Positions 11,520-25,321 of a DNA stretch of 64,000 nt are shown here, piece after piece; the stretch's first letter is position 1; each line of letters starts with the position of its first letter. Source of the stretch: Nageia nagi. Its lineage: Eukaryota; Plantae; Pinophyta. Position numbers and translations under genes: made by a program. Under the pieces are notes generated by a model. It did no database searches. It was given only the letters and a program-made list of their open reading frames with translations, and was not told the origin of the DNA. The stretch lies in assembly GCA_050084985.1 (NCBI GenBank), contig JBITNC010000001.1, positions 162,564,001-162,628,000 on the forward strand. Direction: 5' to 3'.

Positions 11520-14327
11520 GGCAATCCCAATACAACTTTCTTTTTCAACAAGCGAAGATCATCAAAATTGAAATGCTCAAATCTTATATGCCATAAGATA
11601 CTATATGAGAGAGTACCTTTTTATTAATGAGTGAAATAGGAAAAATTCTTTTGATCTAGCAAACTCCCATGTAGCTTCAACAACTTCTCAACATTCTTGT
11701 TAGTCATCACCACTTTATTTTTAGAATACCTCCTTATCTTGACTTTGCCATTGAACATATGAATTGAATGGTCTTATTATCAAATGACCACAAGAGTTAC
11801 AAGGTTTCTTCATAATTAAGTAAGGTAGAGAACATCATGAAGAAGCATATATGAAAGGCCTAGTAATTTAAGTCTCATAGTTCCTATATGTGAAGGTTTA
11901 ATACTAGATCTATCGGTAAAGTACATTGCACTATTAATGTTTGTATTCATCTCTTCAAAAAAATCTCTATGAAATGACATGAAACATGTCACACTAGTAT
12001 CAAGCAACCACGTATCCACCTAATATGCAAATAAAGAATTACATAATATTTTAATTATAGTATTATATTAAGTAGTAACATAATAAACAAACTTATAGTT
12101 CTTACTCTTTTCTTTCTCTCATTTTTTATTTCCTTCTTTGATCTTCTCCCATGGAGTCTAACAAGTAGCATCTTCATGCCTGCATCTTGTATAGTGAAGA
12201 TTATTTTTCTCATCATTATCACCTTGATTAGATATTCCCCCTACCTCTAAAATTTCTCCTACCATGATCACAGTTGCTACTTTCACCACAAGAATAATCA
12301 TGAACTACATTCTTCCCCTTTTGAGCAATACACAATGTGTGTGAAATAAGATCGCTAGTCTTCTTTCCTAATACCTTCTCACATTTTATAATATTATCCA
12401 CCAATGTATCAAATATGAGAGATTTCAAATTACCACTAGCTTGTAGGGATTCAAGATAGTATGAATATATGGGGTATAATGCCTTAATCAAGGTTGCAAG
12501 AAAAATGTCAATCTTCACATCTTTAGAGTCTATGTCATGCATAATTTCATTAATTTATGAAATTAATGCCATGGGATCATTATCTTTAAACTCTAGATTG
12601 AAGAGATTCAATTGTAATTGGATGAGTTCTAATTCAGAATGGGAGTCATAAAAATATTTCAATTTCTTTAATGCATTCCAAGCATCATCAATCAAGTTAA
12701 TATGACAATTCACCTCTTCATTAATTAAAGCATAGGCCTTACAATCTTTCATATTCTAAATTGTGAAAGTTCCTTGATATTAGTCGGTTTAGTAGGTTGG
12801 TTATCACCATCATAAATTCCAACACAAAATTCATTGAAAATCAAGGTATACTTTAGTTTTTTAGATCACTTCAGCCAATTTTCTTTATCAATCAACACTA
12901 TTCCAACAATACTCACAAAAAAATGCATTTTTTAATAGAAACTTCAATATCTAAAAAATTTTAAAATATATTTACCCCAAAAATATTTACACTTTTTTTG
13001 TACTACTATTAAAATCTTAATAATATTAATTTCTAAAACTAATCTCAAATTGTAGCCATCAAAATTTTAGATTCAATAAAAAAGAGTTATTGAAAATAGA
13101 CAAAACTTGGAAAAGTCATGGCCAAAATAGATTTCAAAAATTGAAAAATACAAAAAAAAAACCTTAAAACATTGATTGTACAAAAACTCTGATTGGACAC
13201 AAATTTTGACATGAGTGGATCAAATCTTGTCAACAAGTAGGCTAACATGGTAGGTATAGTTGGTAGGCTAACATGGTAAGTACAACTGAAAGACTGACTA
13301 GATAGGTCGTACGAGTTAATTAGGATTGACATGTACGATGACTAGGTGGTACATGTACCAAGTGAATGGATGATTATGTGTTAATTCTTATGGCTTCACT
13401 AAGCAAGTGCATTGGGTTAGTAAGGTATATCATGATCATCAGACATAGGTAGAGTGTGTTTGGTAGGGTCAGATGCATTAGGACTAGAGGATGCATTAGG
13501 GAAGTATAGGGGATTTCCAAATGGCTAGTGCATTAGGGATGAAACATCTAAACTGGTGGTTAGGACTCCATGTTAGATAGTTTCTAATGCATAGGCTTCC
13601 TCTTTCAATGACTGGCAGAATGATGGGCAAGAAGGGTGCATAGACCTCCATGCAACAAGAAATCTCCAAAACGGATTAGTTTTCACTTAATATATAGTCT
13701 CCAAAATAGGTGGATTTGAATATAAGTTTTCTAAAAAATAATATGTATATAGTTTGAAAATATAAAACCACTACTTAAATATAACATCAATAGTCTTCAA
13801 AAATAGTTTTAAAAAACCATGAACCAATCTTAAAGCCTTTGTTTACAGACTAAAACCTTCAAATACACATAACTTCATTATTTTTGCTCTAAAATAAATC
13901 ATCTAATATACCAAATCAATTGGAATGAAAAATGAGTGTTTGAATATAGGATCCAAAATGAATTTTATGAATTAGATTTTACAAAAATATAGGACAAATA
14001 TTTCAAAAAAAAATTGATAGAGTTTTCCTTTGATTTTCATGGAGTTAGATAAATTTGAATAAGGCTTTGATACCAATGATAGACTATTGATTAACTCCAA
14101 AACCAAAAGTATTGTATTAGCTTAGAAATAAGACTAAATACATTATCAAATGACTCTACACATTCACCTTCCTTGGTGACCATTGAGATCCTCAAGAACT
14201 CTTCATATCCTCTAACTTTTGACTCCTAGAATATTCCATTATTCTCATATCTACATATTTACTATATTTAGTAAATACTATTACTATATTACAAATACCA
14301 TAATCCCTAAGGATTAGGTATCTAACA
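11520..14327 (-). mobile_element. 5' half of a Ty1/Copia element: LTR, PBS, gag, protease, GAG-pre-integrase; truncated
   Basis: LTR 14077-14327 (TGTTAG...CTATCA on minus); PBS TGGTATCAAAGC 14064-14075; gag ORFs 12555-12752 and 12228-12542; protease DTWLLDTSVTCFMS (11816-12019); LWHIRFEHFNF near 11560-11600. Confidence 0.85.
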
Positions 14328-14700
14328 AATCTAATTAATTAGGACTAAGTGAATAATCAAATGATTTATGAATCGATACAAGGATAACTAATCAACACAC
14401 CTCTTTTGAAGTGATATGAAGGCATATAAAGGAGCAAAATAAAGTTAAAAAAAAGTGTGCCTCTAAGTACCTCAGAGAGAAGGGAGTACCTTTGTGAGAG
14501 GGAGTGAATTTATAAGAGATGAAATGGAATTCCACTAGAGAGGGTGCACAAATTATGGAGAAAAGATAGAAGAGGGTGTTATGAGAATTAGTACTATTTA
14601 TGGAAGGATAAGAGAGAATATATCTATATTTGTACTATAATAATTTCTAAATTGTTGACAACTTGCAAGTTCATACTATTAATATAAGTAATATCCTTGT
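14328..14700 (+). repeat. LTR fragment related to the 17714/19294 LTR family
   Basis: ataactaatcaacacacctcttttgaagtga (14385) resembles ataactaataaacacaccttttatgaagtga (17859) and the 19439 copy. Confidence 0.4.
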
Positions 14701-15463
14701 TACTTTAAATCATTGAGTCTTCAACTTATGATAATATAATATAAACATTAACTATATAATAAAAACATTAACCTTATCAAAAAAAAAAATGCAATAAAAT
14801 AATTTATGGTGGTTTTAAACATCTCTAATAGACTTAAGAGGGTGGTTTAAAACGACCCTTAAAAAGCTATCCTAATAAAAATAATCATCATTGCATACAT
14901 ACAAAGGGGGGAGAGAAAGTGGAAATTCAATTAATTTGTAGGCATCCACCAAGCTCTTGTAGTTGACATATATGGGGATAAATATGATTAATGAGTGAAT
15001 GAAGGAGCTTCCCTATAGAAGGGTATTGTTGGTGATGCAAGTCTATAGGAGTTGAAAACATGTTGAAGAATATAAAGAGCTATACATATTTGTAATAAGC
15101 AAAATACACATTATATCCTCAACCACCCATCTTGATAAAGTCTTGTGAGAGTGATATTCATATCATTTTGATAAGTAAGTATCAAGATTTTATGATTATT
15201 ATGTCATTAGCCTTACGATGAAAAATGTTCTAGGAATTCACTAAACTTTCATAATTGATATACATGTGGATAATTTTATGTTACAAAAATTTATTTGTGG
15301 ACAAGTCAAATTTAAGTTTTATGCAATTAATGATAAAATGAAGGAGTGTGCCCTCTAGAAGTTTTTTATTAATGATTTAGATTTGAAGGAGTTGAAGATA
15401 TATTGAAGCATGAAAAGATTTGGGTATCATTACTCTTTGAACATCATCCTAGTTTCCCACTTT

Positions 15464-15531
15464 AGCATAAGGAGTTGAAGAGCATAAGGAGTTGAAAAGC
15501 ATAAGGAGTTGAAGAGCATAAGGAGTTGAAG
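15464..15531. repeat. 17-bp tandem repeat x4 (AGCATAAGGAGTTGAAG)
   Basis: Four near-perfect copies starting at 15464, 15481, 15498 and 15515. Confidence 0.95.
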
Positions 15532-15649
15532 CTAGGTAAAGAGCATTATTATCCTTACCCTTTGAACACCATATTAACTATCCACTTTAGTATAAATATT
15601 TGAAATAAGAATATAGAATGAAGCATATTTAGGTTCCAACAAAACAGGA

Positions 15650-16110
15650 TTGCTACCATAACTTATCCTATTCTTACATTTTTATGTGATCTAAAAGAAC
15701 CAAAAACATACATCCATACACACAATTTAGGTTTTATGTGCATTTTAGCAATGAAGTTCAAACCTTCCTCAAGATAGCATGCATGACCAAGAAGATAAAG
15801 AATGTATACATAATTATTCATCCCATGAATCATGCAATAAGACTCACACTATTAAAGTATTTACAACCCTCATCCACTATATCTAGATGATTACGTGTAA
15901 GTAGAACACACACAAAGGTTATGTTATTGTGGTTGGTTCCTAAGTGCTTCATCAGATCAAATAATTTAGGGATATTCTTGTTGTAGTAATGAATTGTATA
16001 TCTTTTCAATCATTGCATTCCATAAAACTCTATTTGCATCATGCATATTATCAAATAATTCATGGGCCTTGTGTAGTATTCCACATTTTGCATGCATGTC
16101 TATCAAGGAA
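15650..16110 (-). pseudogene. PLS-class PPR pseudogene fragment (last P-L-S motifs to E domain), copy A
   Basis: Minus strand reads DMHAKCG...WNAMI...LLGHACYLEEGLNFIAKMHIKPKL, with stops and frameshifts. Confidence 0.85.
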
Positions 16111-17447
16111 ATCACAACCACAATATTAAATGAAAAAACATTTTTAACTACTCTTTAATGGATGCCTATACCTCCTTTTAGAGCTCTCATGGTGGAAAAT
16201 GCTTTTAAAGGTTACAGAGTTTGGTTTTACACTTGGTAATCACATCTATTTAAAATTATCTAGAGCCTTTTAGGAAACTAATTTTTGTGCATATCCTATG
16301 ATTCTTATAGTCTATTGAAATATGTTTGGTAGGTCAATCCTTACAATATCTATTGTGACCTAGTATGATGTTAAACTCTAAAAACTTATAGAATAATTAA
16401 TAGATATAATTTACTCTTGTTTTTTATTCTATCATATGTTAAATGGATTAATTAGATTTTACTTAATGGGTTTATCTTGCAATGTCAATGAAGAAGACTA
16501 GTGGTGGATATTTTGGGTTGTTGTAGTATTAAAGGCTACTTTACCTTTTGTGATGTATAGATCAAGTCACGCAAAACATTATATGCTTGTGTAGGTTGTT
16601 AGATATCATACACACTAAAAATAATATTGAAGAGCTTGTTATATATTTGATTTTTAAATACATGAATACAAACCTAGGACATTGCATTCATAGTCATCTC
16701 CTTCATAATGAAAAAATACATTCAATGTTCAATAAGGTAACTCCTCCTATGAACTATATTTGAACTTGTAAAAAGTAATGGAAATATATATAGAAAGAGT
16801 AGGAAATTTTTTAGTCTTATGATTAAGTCACATCTATAATGTATGTGTAAGAGAGAACTAATTGTCTAAATAATGTGCATGCTATATGCTTTCCTATTCT
16901 AGTTTTTTAACTACAAATCAAAGTTTACGTATGATAGGGAGCCTTTGTAACTACCATGGTAGGGGTCTGATTCATAGCTAAGTAATATACATACTTTTAG
17001 GGAGCCTTATTTGTAGTAGTTCTTTTTTTTTTGCATTCATACAATTGTTCAATTTATATTTTGCAAAGACTTGAAACTTGATAATCTCCTTGTAGATATG
17101 AACTCATGTAATATTTTTATAACTTAGTCTAAAATTTCTATAAGAAAACTATATGAATTAAGAAAGTTCATAGCTCTTAGCTAATATGTAAGATGAATCC
17201 TGTAACCATTCTTTCTATATAGAAGATACTTTCTTTCTATAAATAATAACCCTTTGGTATAATGCTCCTAAAATGATGTTAGGGATACTAAATACTCCCA
17301 CAAAATTGGCATATGACCTATAAGTTGTATATTTAGCACTACCCTCACTCTCATATACATTTTCAATCCAAAATGTGATAATAATGAGTTTAGTTTCCAA
17401 TAATTTCCTTCCTTTTACTTCAAATATTTTGTTCTTTTACATTGATA

Positions 17448-17713
17448 TTATTGAATAAGGAGCAAATAACCAACACCTACATAACTATTTAGGCTAAAAA
17501 AAAGTATTATTTCCATAAATTCTCTTATTCCTACATTCTTATTTGATCTATAAGTACCAAGTAGACACATGCATACATCCAATTTGGGCATTTTAGTAAT
17601 TAAGTTCAAAGCTTCCTCAAGATAGCATGCATGACCAATAAGGTGAACAATGCATGCATAATTATTCATACAAGGAATAATGTAATAAGAGTCACTCATG
17701 TTTTTAAATTATT
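17448..17713 (-). pseudogene. PLS-class PPR pseudogene copy B, 3' part (S2/E region)
   Basis: ORF 17448-17699 MSDSYYIIP..YACIVHLIGHACYLEEALNLITKMP..VCMCLLGTYRSNKNVG; cut by the LTR insertion at 17714. Confidence 0.88.
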
Positions 17714-19553
17714 TGTTAGAATAGAAATCGATCGAATATGATATTAAAAATTGATCAATCGAAATGACTTATATGTATCGATTTGGCAACCAAACCATAT
17801 CAATTTGAAGGTTAAATAATTAAGGTAACTAATCGAGATTAAGTGAAGTGACACCATAATAACTAATAAACACACCTTTTATGAAGTGAATCAAAGATTT
17901 AAAGAGAACAATTAATCAAGTACCATCCATTAATCAATCAAGCATCACACATCCATTGAATTATCACTACTATGCATCAATATATTATATAATTGATTAT
18001 CGATACACCATAGGCATGCTAATTGGGGAAGAGTGTGAGAGTTAATATCTAGAGAGAACATAGTGGTCAAATGATATATATTGTAATTGATTGTATTTTT
18101 TATTTAAATATAATTAAATATCAAACCCCCTTTTGTGACTCAATTGATATCCCTTGTTATTCTGCTTTTACAATATTTCTAGTTCTATTTGTTCATTGAG
18201 TCTTAGTTATAGATAAGAACCCAAACTAACAAATCTTATGATCAAATGGAATGTAGAGTGATGGAAATAAAACTTGGAAGTATGTTAAAAAAGAAAGAGG
18301 TATTAAAAGACTCTTAGATGTAGTTTGATGGAAGTTAACAAAAGAGAGAAATGGTCAATTTCATGAAAAAGATAGGTTGCATATTTTAATAAGTAGCCAA
18401 AAATAACTATACAGTCAAAATACAAAGATAATCCCAAATTTGGAAAAGCTTTTGTGATAATATCTTGATGCTACTATTGGTTCATGATCAACACTATTGC
18501 TAATTTATCTCCTATTAGGACTGCTAATTAGTCCTTGCTTTAGAGAATCAATAATTGGAGGATTATTAACTGGTCCCATAATTAGCAGTACCAACAATTA
18601 TGAATAGGGAGTACTGATAGTTTTGTTGTGACAGGTAGTTTAGTTGATAGAGTGCATTGCAATCTAAGGGAAATATTACTAGAAAATACAAAAAGATTAT
18701 CAAGATAAAAAAAAAAGAAGTCATTAAAATGAAGGTAGTAATTAAGAATAGGCAATTATCATAAGAGGCATTGAAAGAAATGAGGTAGAGAAGTAACAAT
18801 TTCATTTTCCAAGAAAATAAAAGAGAAAAATATTTGAATTAATAGAATCAATGGAGCACTTTTGATTGTTAGAAATGTGTACACACTAGAAGTAGATTGT
18901 GACTAATTGGATCATGTTATGAAAGGAAATACTAATTGGTTTGTGTAGAGTAGGAGTAGAGTAAGAGAAGTAGGGACTACAAATATGAATTATGATAATG
19001 GAACCTATACTAAGACCCATATAATCTATTCTTATTGGATACATCATTGCTTCATCAATATGGTAAAGGAGATTTGGTTGACTTTGAAGAGAGCTAAGAA
19101 AAAGAGAACCCCTCCTCTTCTGCTATGATTTATTGAGATTCATAATGATTCTCTTATCAATATAATGTTGATTTATACAAGTAAAACCTCAAGGATGGGT
19201 CTCCATTTTAAGTTGGGGAGTATAGATATCGAAAAAAATCAATTTAAGAAAGGAAGTCTCGAGAGGTGAGCCTTAGTTTTAAGTTGGGGAGGATGTTAGC
19301 ATAAAAATTGATCCTATATGATATTAGAAATCAATTGATCAAAGTGATTTATATGTATCAGTTTGGTGACCAAATCATATTAGTTTTAAGGATAAAGAAT
19401 TAAGTTAACTAATTGACATTAAGTAAAGCGACACCGTAATAATTAATCAACACAACTTTTTCAAAGCGAATCAAATATTTAAGGAGGAGCATCAATCAAG
19501 CACCATCCATCAATCAATAAAGCATCACACATCCATCAATTTATCACCACTAT

Positions 19554-19708
19554 TGATCCAAAATTTGGATCCCTTAGACATTTAGTAATCTCCATTTCAG
19601 TGTGTTCATTATGATCATCTTATCTTTAGCTTTTTGATGCTTCTTTCGGATCATGAATCTGAGTCCGTATGTGGAAGATATGGTATTAATTCCATTTATG
19701 TATTTGGA

Positions 19709-19765
<57 letters not shown>

Positions 19766-20698
19766 GCGGCCCATGTAGGGGCGACCTGCCTGCCATCGTG
19801 GACTCAAAATGACCTGCGTGGAAGGTCAAATGCCACATGGAAGCGATGAGGCGAGGGGAAGAGGAGGTCCATGTTGGAGTTTGATCACACGATGTGATCG
19901 CCTGTTGATTGCTAGCCTAATACCAATCCACCTGTGAGACCGTCCACCCATGCCAACCAAACCGCCATGCCACTGCTTGACCACCAGCTAAGCTACCAAT
20001 CAACAGGAGGTTGACTACCTCTAAGCATGCCATGTGTCATCACCACAGTGCACTCACCCAATGTTAGGTTTTTTTAATGTATTTTTGGCATTTTCAAAGG
20101 TTTATGGTGATTTTTGATTCACCTAAGGTCCTATTATTAGGCTAAGTTAATTTTGTAAGCCTGAAATAGTCCAGAGAGCATATTATTTCGATTTTAGATT
20201 TCATTTTGGGGAGATTTTTACAACCATTTAAGCCCAAATTTGATCGAAAGATCAAGGAGGTTAATGGGTATCTAAAAATAGTTTTTATATCTAATTTCTT
20301 AGTTGTAATGCTTTCCAATTTTAGCCCCCAAAATTGTATAAAAGGGGAGCAAATTGGACGTGAAAAAAAAGAGAGGATTTCAGGAAAGTGTTTTCAGTTC
20401 TTGTTGTGATTTTCAGAGCTGTGAGTGGTTATGAATGTGAGAGGAGGTTTTGAAGGACCATGGAGGCCTTGTAAAGTGATTCCACCCATTGATAGTAGAG
20501 AGCTTTTGAGCTGGATGTAGCCCACACTAGGTGAACTAGGATAATTTTGCTTGTCTCTTTCTATGGTGAATGCTTTTCTCTTCTCTGTGTTTACAAATTT
20601 GTTCCTAATTTTCCTTTACAAGCACTTAATTATTTTAAGTGTGAATTGATCCTAAGAAAAGGTTAAATTGAAAATTTAATCTTATAGTTTATGGATCA
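19554..20698 (+). repeat. 5' LTR (1145 bp) containing a (TA)n tract
   Basis: Direct repeat of 25322-26441. Confidence 0.96.
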
Positions 20699-20884
20699 AG
20701 TTTGATATCAGAGCAGTTGAAATCATTGGGATAACCTATATTTTTGAGATTATTATTGGTGTTTGGAAAGTGTTCTTGCATGTATACCAGGTCACAAAGC
20801 AAGAAAGGAGAAGGAGAATTTGTGGAGGAGGATTCAAAAATTGGTTCTAGAGTTTGGCTAAAGAAGTAAAGAGAGCTTGGACCC

Positions 20885-23800
20885 ATGGACAATGAAGGAT
20901 GGTCTAATGTGGAAAAGCAAATTGCTGATCTCTCCATAATGTTCCAGAAGATGTCTCTACAATTCCAACACTTTCAAGAACAACAATACAAGAAAAATGA
21001 AGGTGAAACTAGTGAAGGTAATAAAATTGACAATGATGTTACACATAGTGTTTTCCAAAGTTCTCCTTTGAAATTGGAAGTTAAATTTGATTTGCCTACT
21101 TTTATTGGAGAAGTGAATGTTGAGAAGTTAGACCATTGGATTAAATAAATTTAGGTATATTGTAGAATTCAAAGAATTGTAAGAGATGAGGATAAAATCC
21201 AATTAGCAACTCTTAAAATGAGTGGTAATGCACTTGTTTGGTGGGAAAGTTGTTTGCAAAGTAAGAATGAATCAATTCAAGCTTGTATTGCTTCTTGGAC
21301 CCATTTTGTACAATTTCTTAGAAATCAGTTTTATCCTTTGGGTTATCGACAAAAGGCAGTCATGGAATGGCAAACTTTCCATCAAGGCAAAGGGCAAAGT
21401 ATGCAAGAGTACACTACAAAATTTGAAGAAAATATGTAATGCTAGGTATTCCTCTTTATTCCCAAGATACTCTTCTTAAGTATATTGGTGGTTTGCATAA
21501 TTATTTAAGGCATACAATATTGATGTTTGATTCAAATGATTTGGATAAAGTTTGTGTACAAGCCACTCACTTAGAAGAAAGGGGAAAATATGTTAAGGAT
21601 GGGAAAAAGAATAATGCTTCCAATAACAATAGTAATAATGATTCTAAAAAGAACCAAGGAAAGGGGAAAAAGAAAACTATGTCTACTACACAAAAAGAGA
21701 AGTCTAAATATGTATGTACACATTGTCAAAAAGAAGGTCATTTAGAGGCTAAATGTTGGAAATTGCATCCTGAATTATGCCCTAAACCCAAAGGTCAAAA
21801 GAAACAAACAAATACTGTTACTAAGAAAATTGAAGATGGTTCAGATGTAGATGATAAAATGGCATGTATGGTTTTGCATAATACACCTAATGAAGATGAG
21901 GAAAAGAAGAAAATTGAACTTTTTCATATCAAGGTGCAAGCTAAGAAGACTAGGATTGATACATTGTTTGATTTTGGATCTCAAGCTAACTTAATTACAG
22001 AAAAGTATGTCAAAACACTTGCACTCACTACTCAACCTCATCCAAACCCATATCCATTGGGATGGGTTAATAAAAATTCAAAGTTAAAGGTAACACAACA
22101 ATGCAAGTTGCAATTTGGGATTAATAGGGAGTACATTGATGAAGTTTTACTTGATGTTGTTCCTTTGGATATTTGTGGGATTGTGCTTGGTAGTCCTTAT
22201 CTATGGGAAAGAGATGCTTTATTTTATAGAAAGGAAAACAAATATAGACTCATTAAATATGGAATTGAATACATGGTTAGTGCTCATCAAAATAAGAAAA
22301 AGGATATTTCTTTAATTACTGCAGGACAAGCAAAGAGACTAATCAATACAGGATGAATGTTTATACTTGCAATGGTGAAATCTCAAGACGAAGTAGAAAT
22401 CATAAAGGCACTTGAAGATTGTGAACCACAATACAAAGAAGAAGTAAAAGAGGTAATTTCTGAATTTAAAGATTTATTTTAAGTACCTAAAGAACTTCCA
22501 CCAAAAAGAGATATACAACATGAGATTCAATTACATCCTGATGTGGCACTTCCTAATATTGGCTTATATAGAAATTCTATTTTGGAAACTGAAGAAATTA
22601 AGAAACAAGTCAAGGAATTGTTAGATCAAGGAGTCATTAGTAGCACATCACCATGTGGATCTCCTATTGTTTAATTACAAAGAAAGATGGAACTTGGCGT
22701 ATGTGTGTTGATTACAGGGCACTAAATAAGATCACGGTTAAAAATCGATATCCTTTGCCACATATTGATGATTTAATGGATCAATTACAAAAAGCTAGGC
22801 TTTTCACAAAATTGGATCTAAGAAGTGGTTATCATCAAGTACAAGTTAAAGAAGAGGATGTGTGGAAAACTACTTTTAAAACTAGGCAAGGATTGTTTGA
22901 ATGGTTGGTTTTACCATTTGGATTATGCAATGATCCTACTACTTTCATGCGTGTAATGAATGATGTTTTAAGGCCTTTCATTGATGATTTTGTTATTATG
23001 TATCTTGATGATATTCTCATTTATAGTGATAATTGGAAAAATCATGTGGTACATATTCGTAAAGTGTTTGAAGTTTTAAGGGAAGCAAAACTCTATTTGA
23101 AGATGTCTAAGTGTGAGTTTGTTAGGAAAAGTTTAACCTATCTTGGCCACATTATAGGTGAAGGTGAATTGAGGATAGATCCTGCAAAAATTAAGGCTTT
23201 GTTGAAATGGCCTACTCCCACTAATGTGACAGAGACTAGGAGTTTTTTTGGGGTAGTGCAGTATTTACGCAAGTTTATTGCTAACTTTTCTTACATGACT
23301 TCTCCACTTCATGCAATTATAGGAAAGAGTCATGGATTTTAGTGGAGAGGTAAAGAACAACATGCTTTTGAATTGCTTAAAAGAAAAATTAGTAATGCTC
23401 CAGTACTTGCTTTGCCTAATCTTTAGAAATCTTTTGAAATTAAAACTAATGCAAGTGACTATGCTATGGGTGCAGTTTTATTGTAGGAAAAACATCCAGT
23501 TTGCTATCACTTGAAAATGTTTACCAGTGCAGTAAGAAACTATCTTACATATGACAAAGAGTTGTATGCATTAGTTCAAAGTGTTAAGAAATGGAAGCAC
23601 TATTTGGTAGGTAAAGAGACAATAATTCATATAGACCATCAACCCTTACAATATCTTCAGTCATAATCTAAATTGCAATAATCTAGGCACTTTCGTTGGA
23701 TGGGATTTTTGCAACAATTTCATTTGGTGATTAAGTACAAGAAGGGTACTCAAAATAAAATTGTTGATATGTTGTCTAGGCCTCCAATAGTTACCAGTGT

Positions 23801-25281
23801 TGTGATTTTGCAAAATAGTACTTTAATGCATGATAGGTATAAAGAACAATATATGGTTGATCCTGATTTCCAAAATGTCTAACATAGATTGAGTCTTGGT
23901 AATGAGGTTGGAAATCATGACTTTCATTTGCATGATGGATTACTTTTTCATTTGGGAAAACTTTGTATTCCTAATGGTGAGAGGAATGATTTGATTAGGA
24001 AAGCTCATACTTCTCATATTTTAGGGCACTTTGGTGTTGGGAAAACTCTTGCTAATCTACAAAGGTATTGTTACTAGCCTAAAATGCAAGAAAATGTATC
24101 CAGATATATCAGAGGTTGTATGTTATGCAGTGTAAGCAAACCTAATAATAAGAAATTTGGTCTTTATATGCCATTGTCCATTCCTACATGACCATGGGAG
24201 AGTATTTCTATGGATTTTGTTGGAGGTTAACCTATGTCTAAAAGAGGTCATGATTATTTATATGTGGTTGTGGATAGATTCAATAAGATGTGTATTCTAA
24301 TCCCATGTAAAAAGACTATGACAAGTCAAGAGGCAGCTAATCTTTTCTTTACTTATGTGAGTACATTTTGGTCTTCCTACTTTTGTCATTTCTGATAGGG
24401 ATTCCAGGTTTCTTGGAAAATTTTAGACTTCTTTGTGGGAAAGGATGGACACTAAGCTAAAGAGGAGTATAGCATTTCATCCACAGATAGATGGTCAAAC
24501 AAAGGTGGTCAATAGGATAGTGGTACACTTATTACGGGGTTATTGTGGTAAGCATCCTAAAACTTGGGATGAGCATTTGAATTATATACAGCATGCATAT
24601 AATCAAGCTTTACATTCTTCTACTAACAAAACACCTTTTGAGACTTGTTTTGGTTATTTGCCAAAATCACCTTTTGATATGGCTTTTGCTTCAACAAGTG
24701 ATGGAGATATAGTTCTTCATAATGAGGAGGAGCGGGCAAAGAATTTTATTGAGAGGATCAAATTGATTCATCAGAAGGTAAAAGAATATTTGGAGAAGAG
24801 TCAGGCCAAGTATAAGGAGAGGCATGATCGTCATCGGGTGGATCATAAATTTCAGGTTGGGGATCAAGTATGGCTTCATCTCAGTAAGGAGAGACAACAT
24901 GGTAAGGGAAAGAAGTTAAAACCAATAAGGTATGGTATATTTACCATTATTGGTCAAGTTAGAGATAATGCATTTTGGTTAGACTTACCACCCTATATGC
25001 AAATGTATTTTGTTATTAATGTTGAGAACTTGAAGTTGTACGAACCAACCTTAGTTGTAGAAGATACAAATGTTATGTTACCATCAGTTAAGGATTTAGG
25101 CCCTGAGCACATGAATGTGTTGGTTGAGGATGTAGTATTGGAAAAGAAGCAATGATCATCTTGTAGTGGCATACATGAGGTGTGGTGTATTGGAGTGAAG
25201 GGCCAACATCCACACAAGGCCAAGTGGTATGCAGTTGATCGGGTGAGGGAGCTCTACCCTCACCTCATTTCATCATCCTAA
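20885..25281 (+). pseudogene. Gypsy gag-pol polyprotein with stops and frameshifts
   Basis: CTHCQKEGHLEAKC knuckle; LFDFGSQANLI protease (DSG mutated); HPNPYPLGW; RT LPFGL and YLDD (23001); RNase H YDKELYAL; integrase HILGHFG, SMDFV, FHPQIDGQT; C-terminal chromodomain-like VLEKKQ*SS..HEVWCIGVKGQHPHKAKWY..VRELYPHL. Confidence 0.95.
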
Positions 25282-25321
25282 TTGCTTTTGGGGATAAAAG
25301 CTCTCTCTCAATGGGGAGGAA

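Noticed and set aside
15464-15531. Short direct-repeat arrays (also 29277-29455) as CRISPR-like
   Set aside because: Head-to-tail repeats without unique spacers, eukaryotic context, no cas genes
19574-19807. ORFs containing IYIYIY (also 25370-25658, 29077-29262, 62944-63126)
   Set aside because: Translation of (TA)n microsatellites
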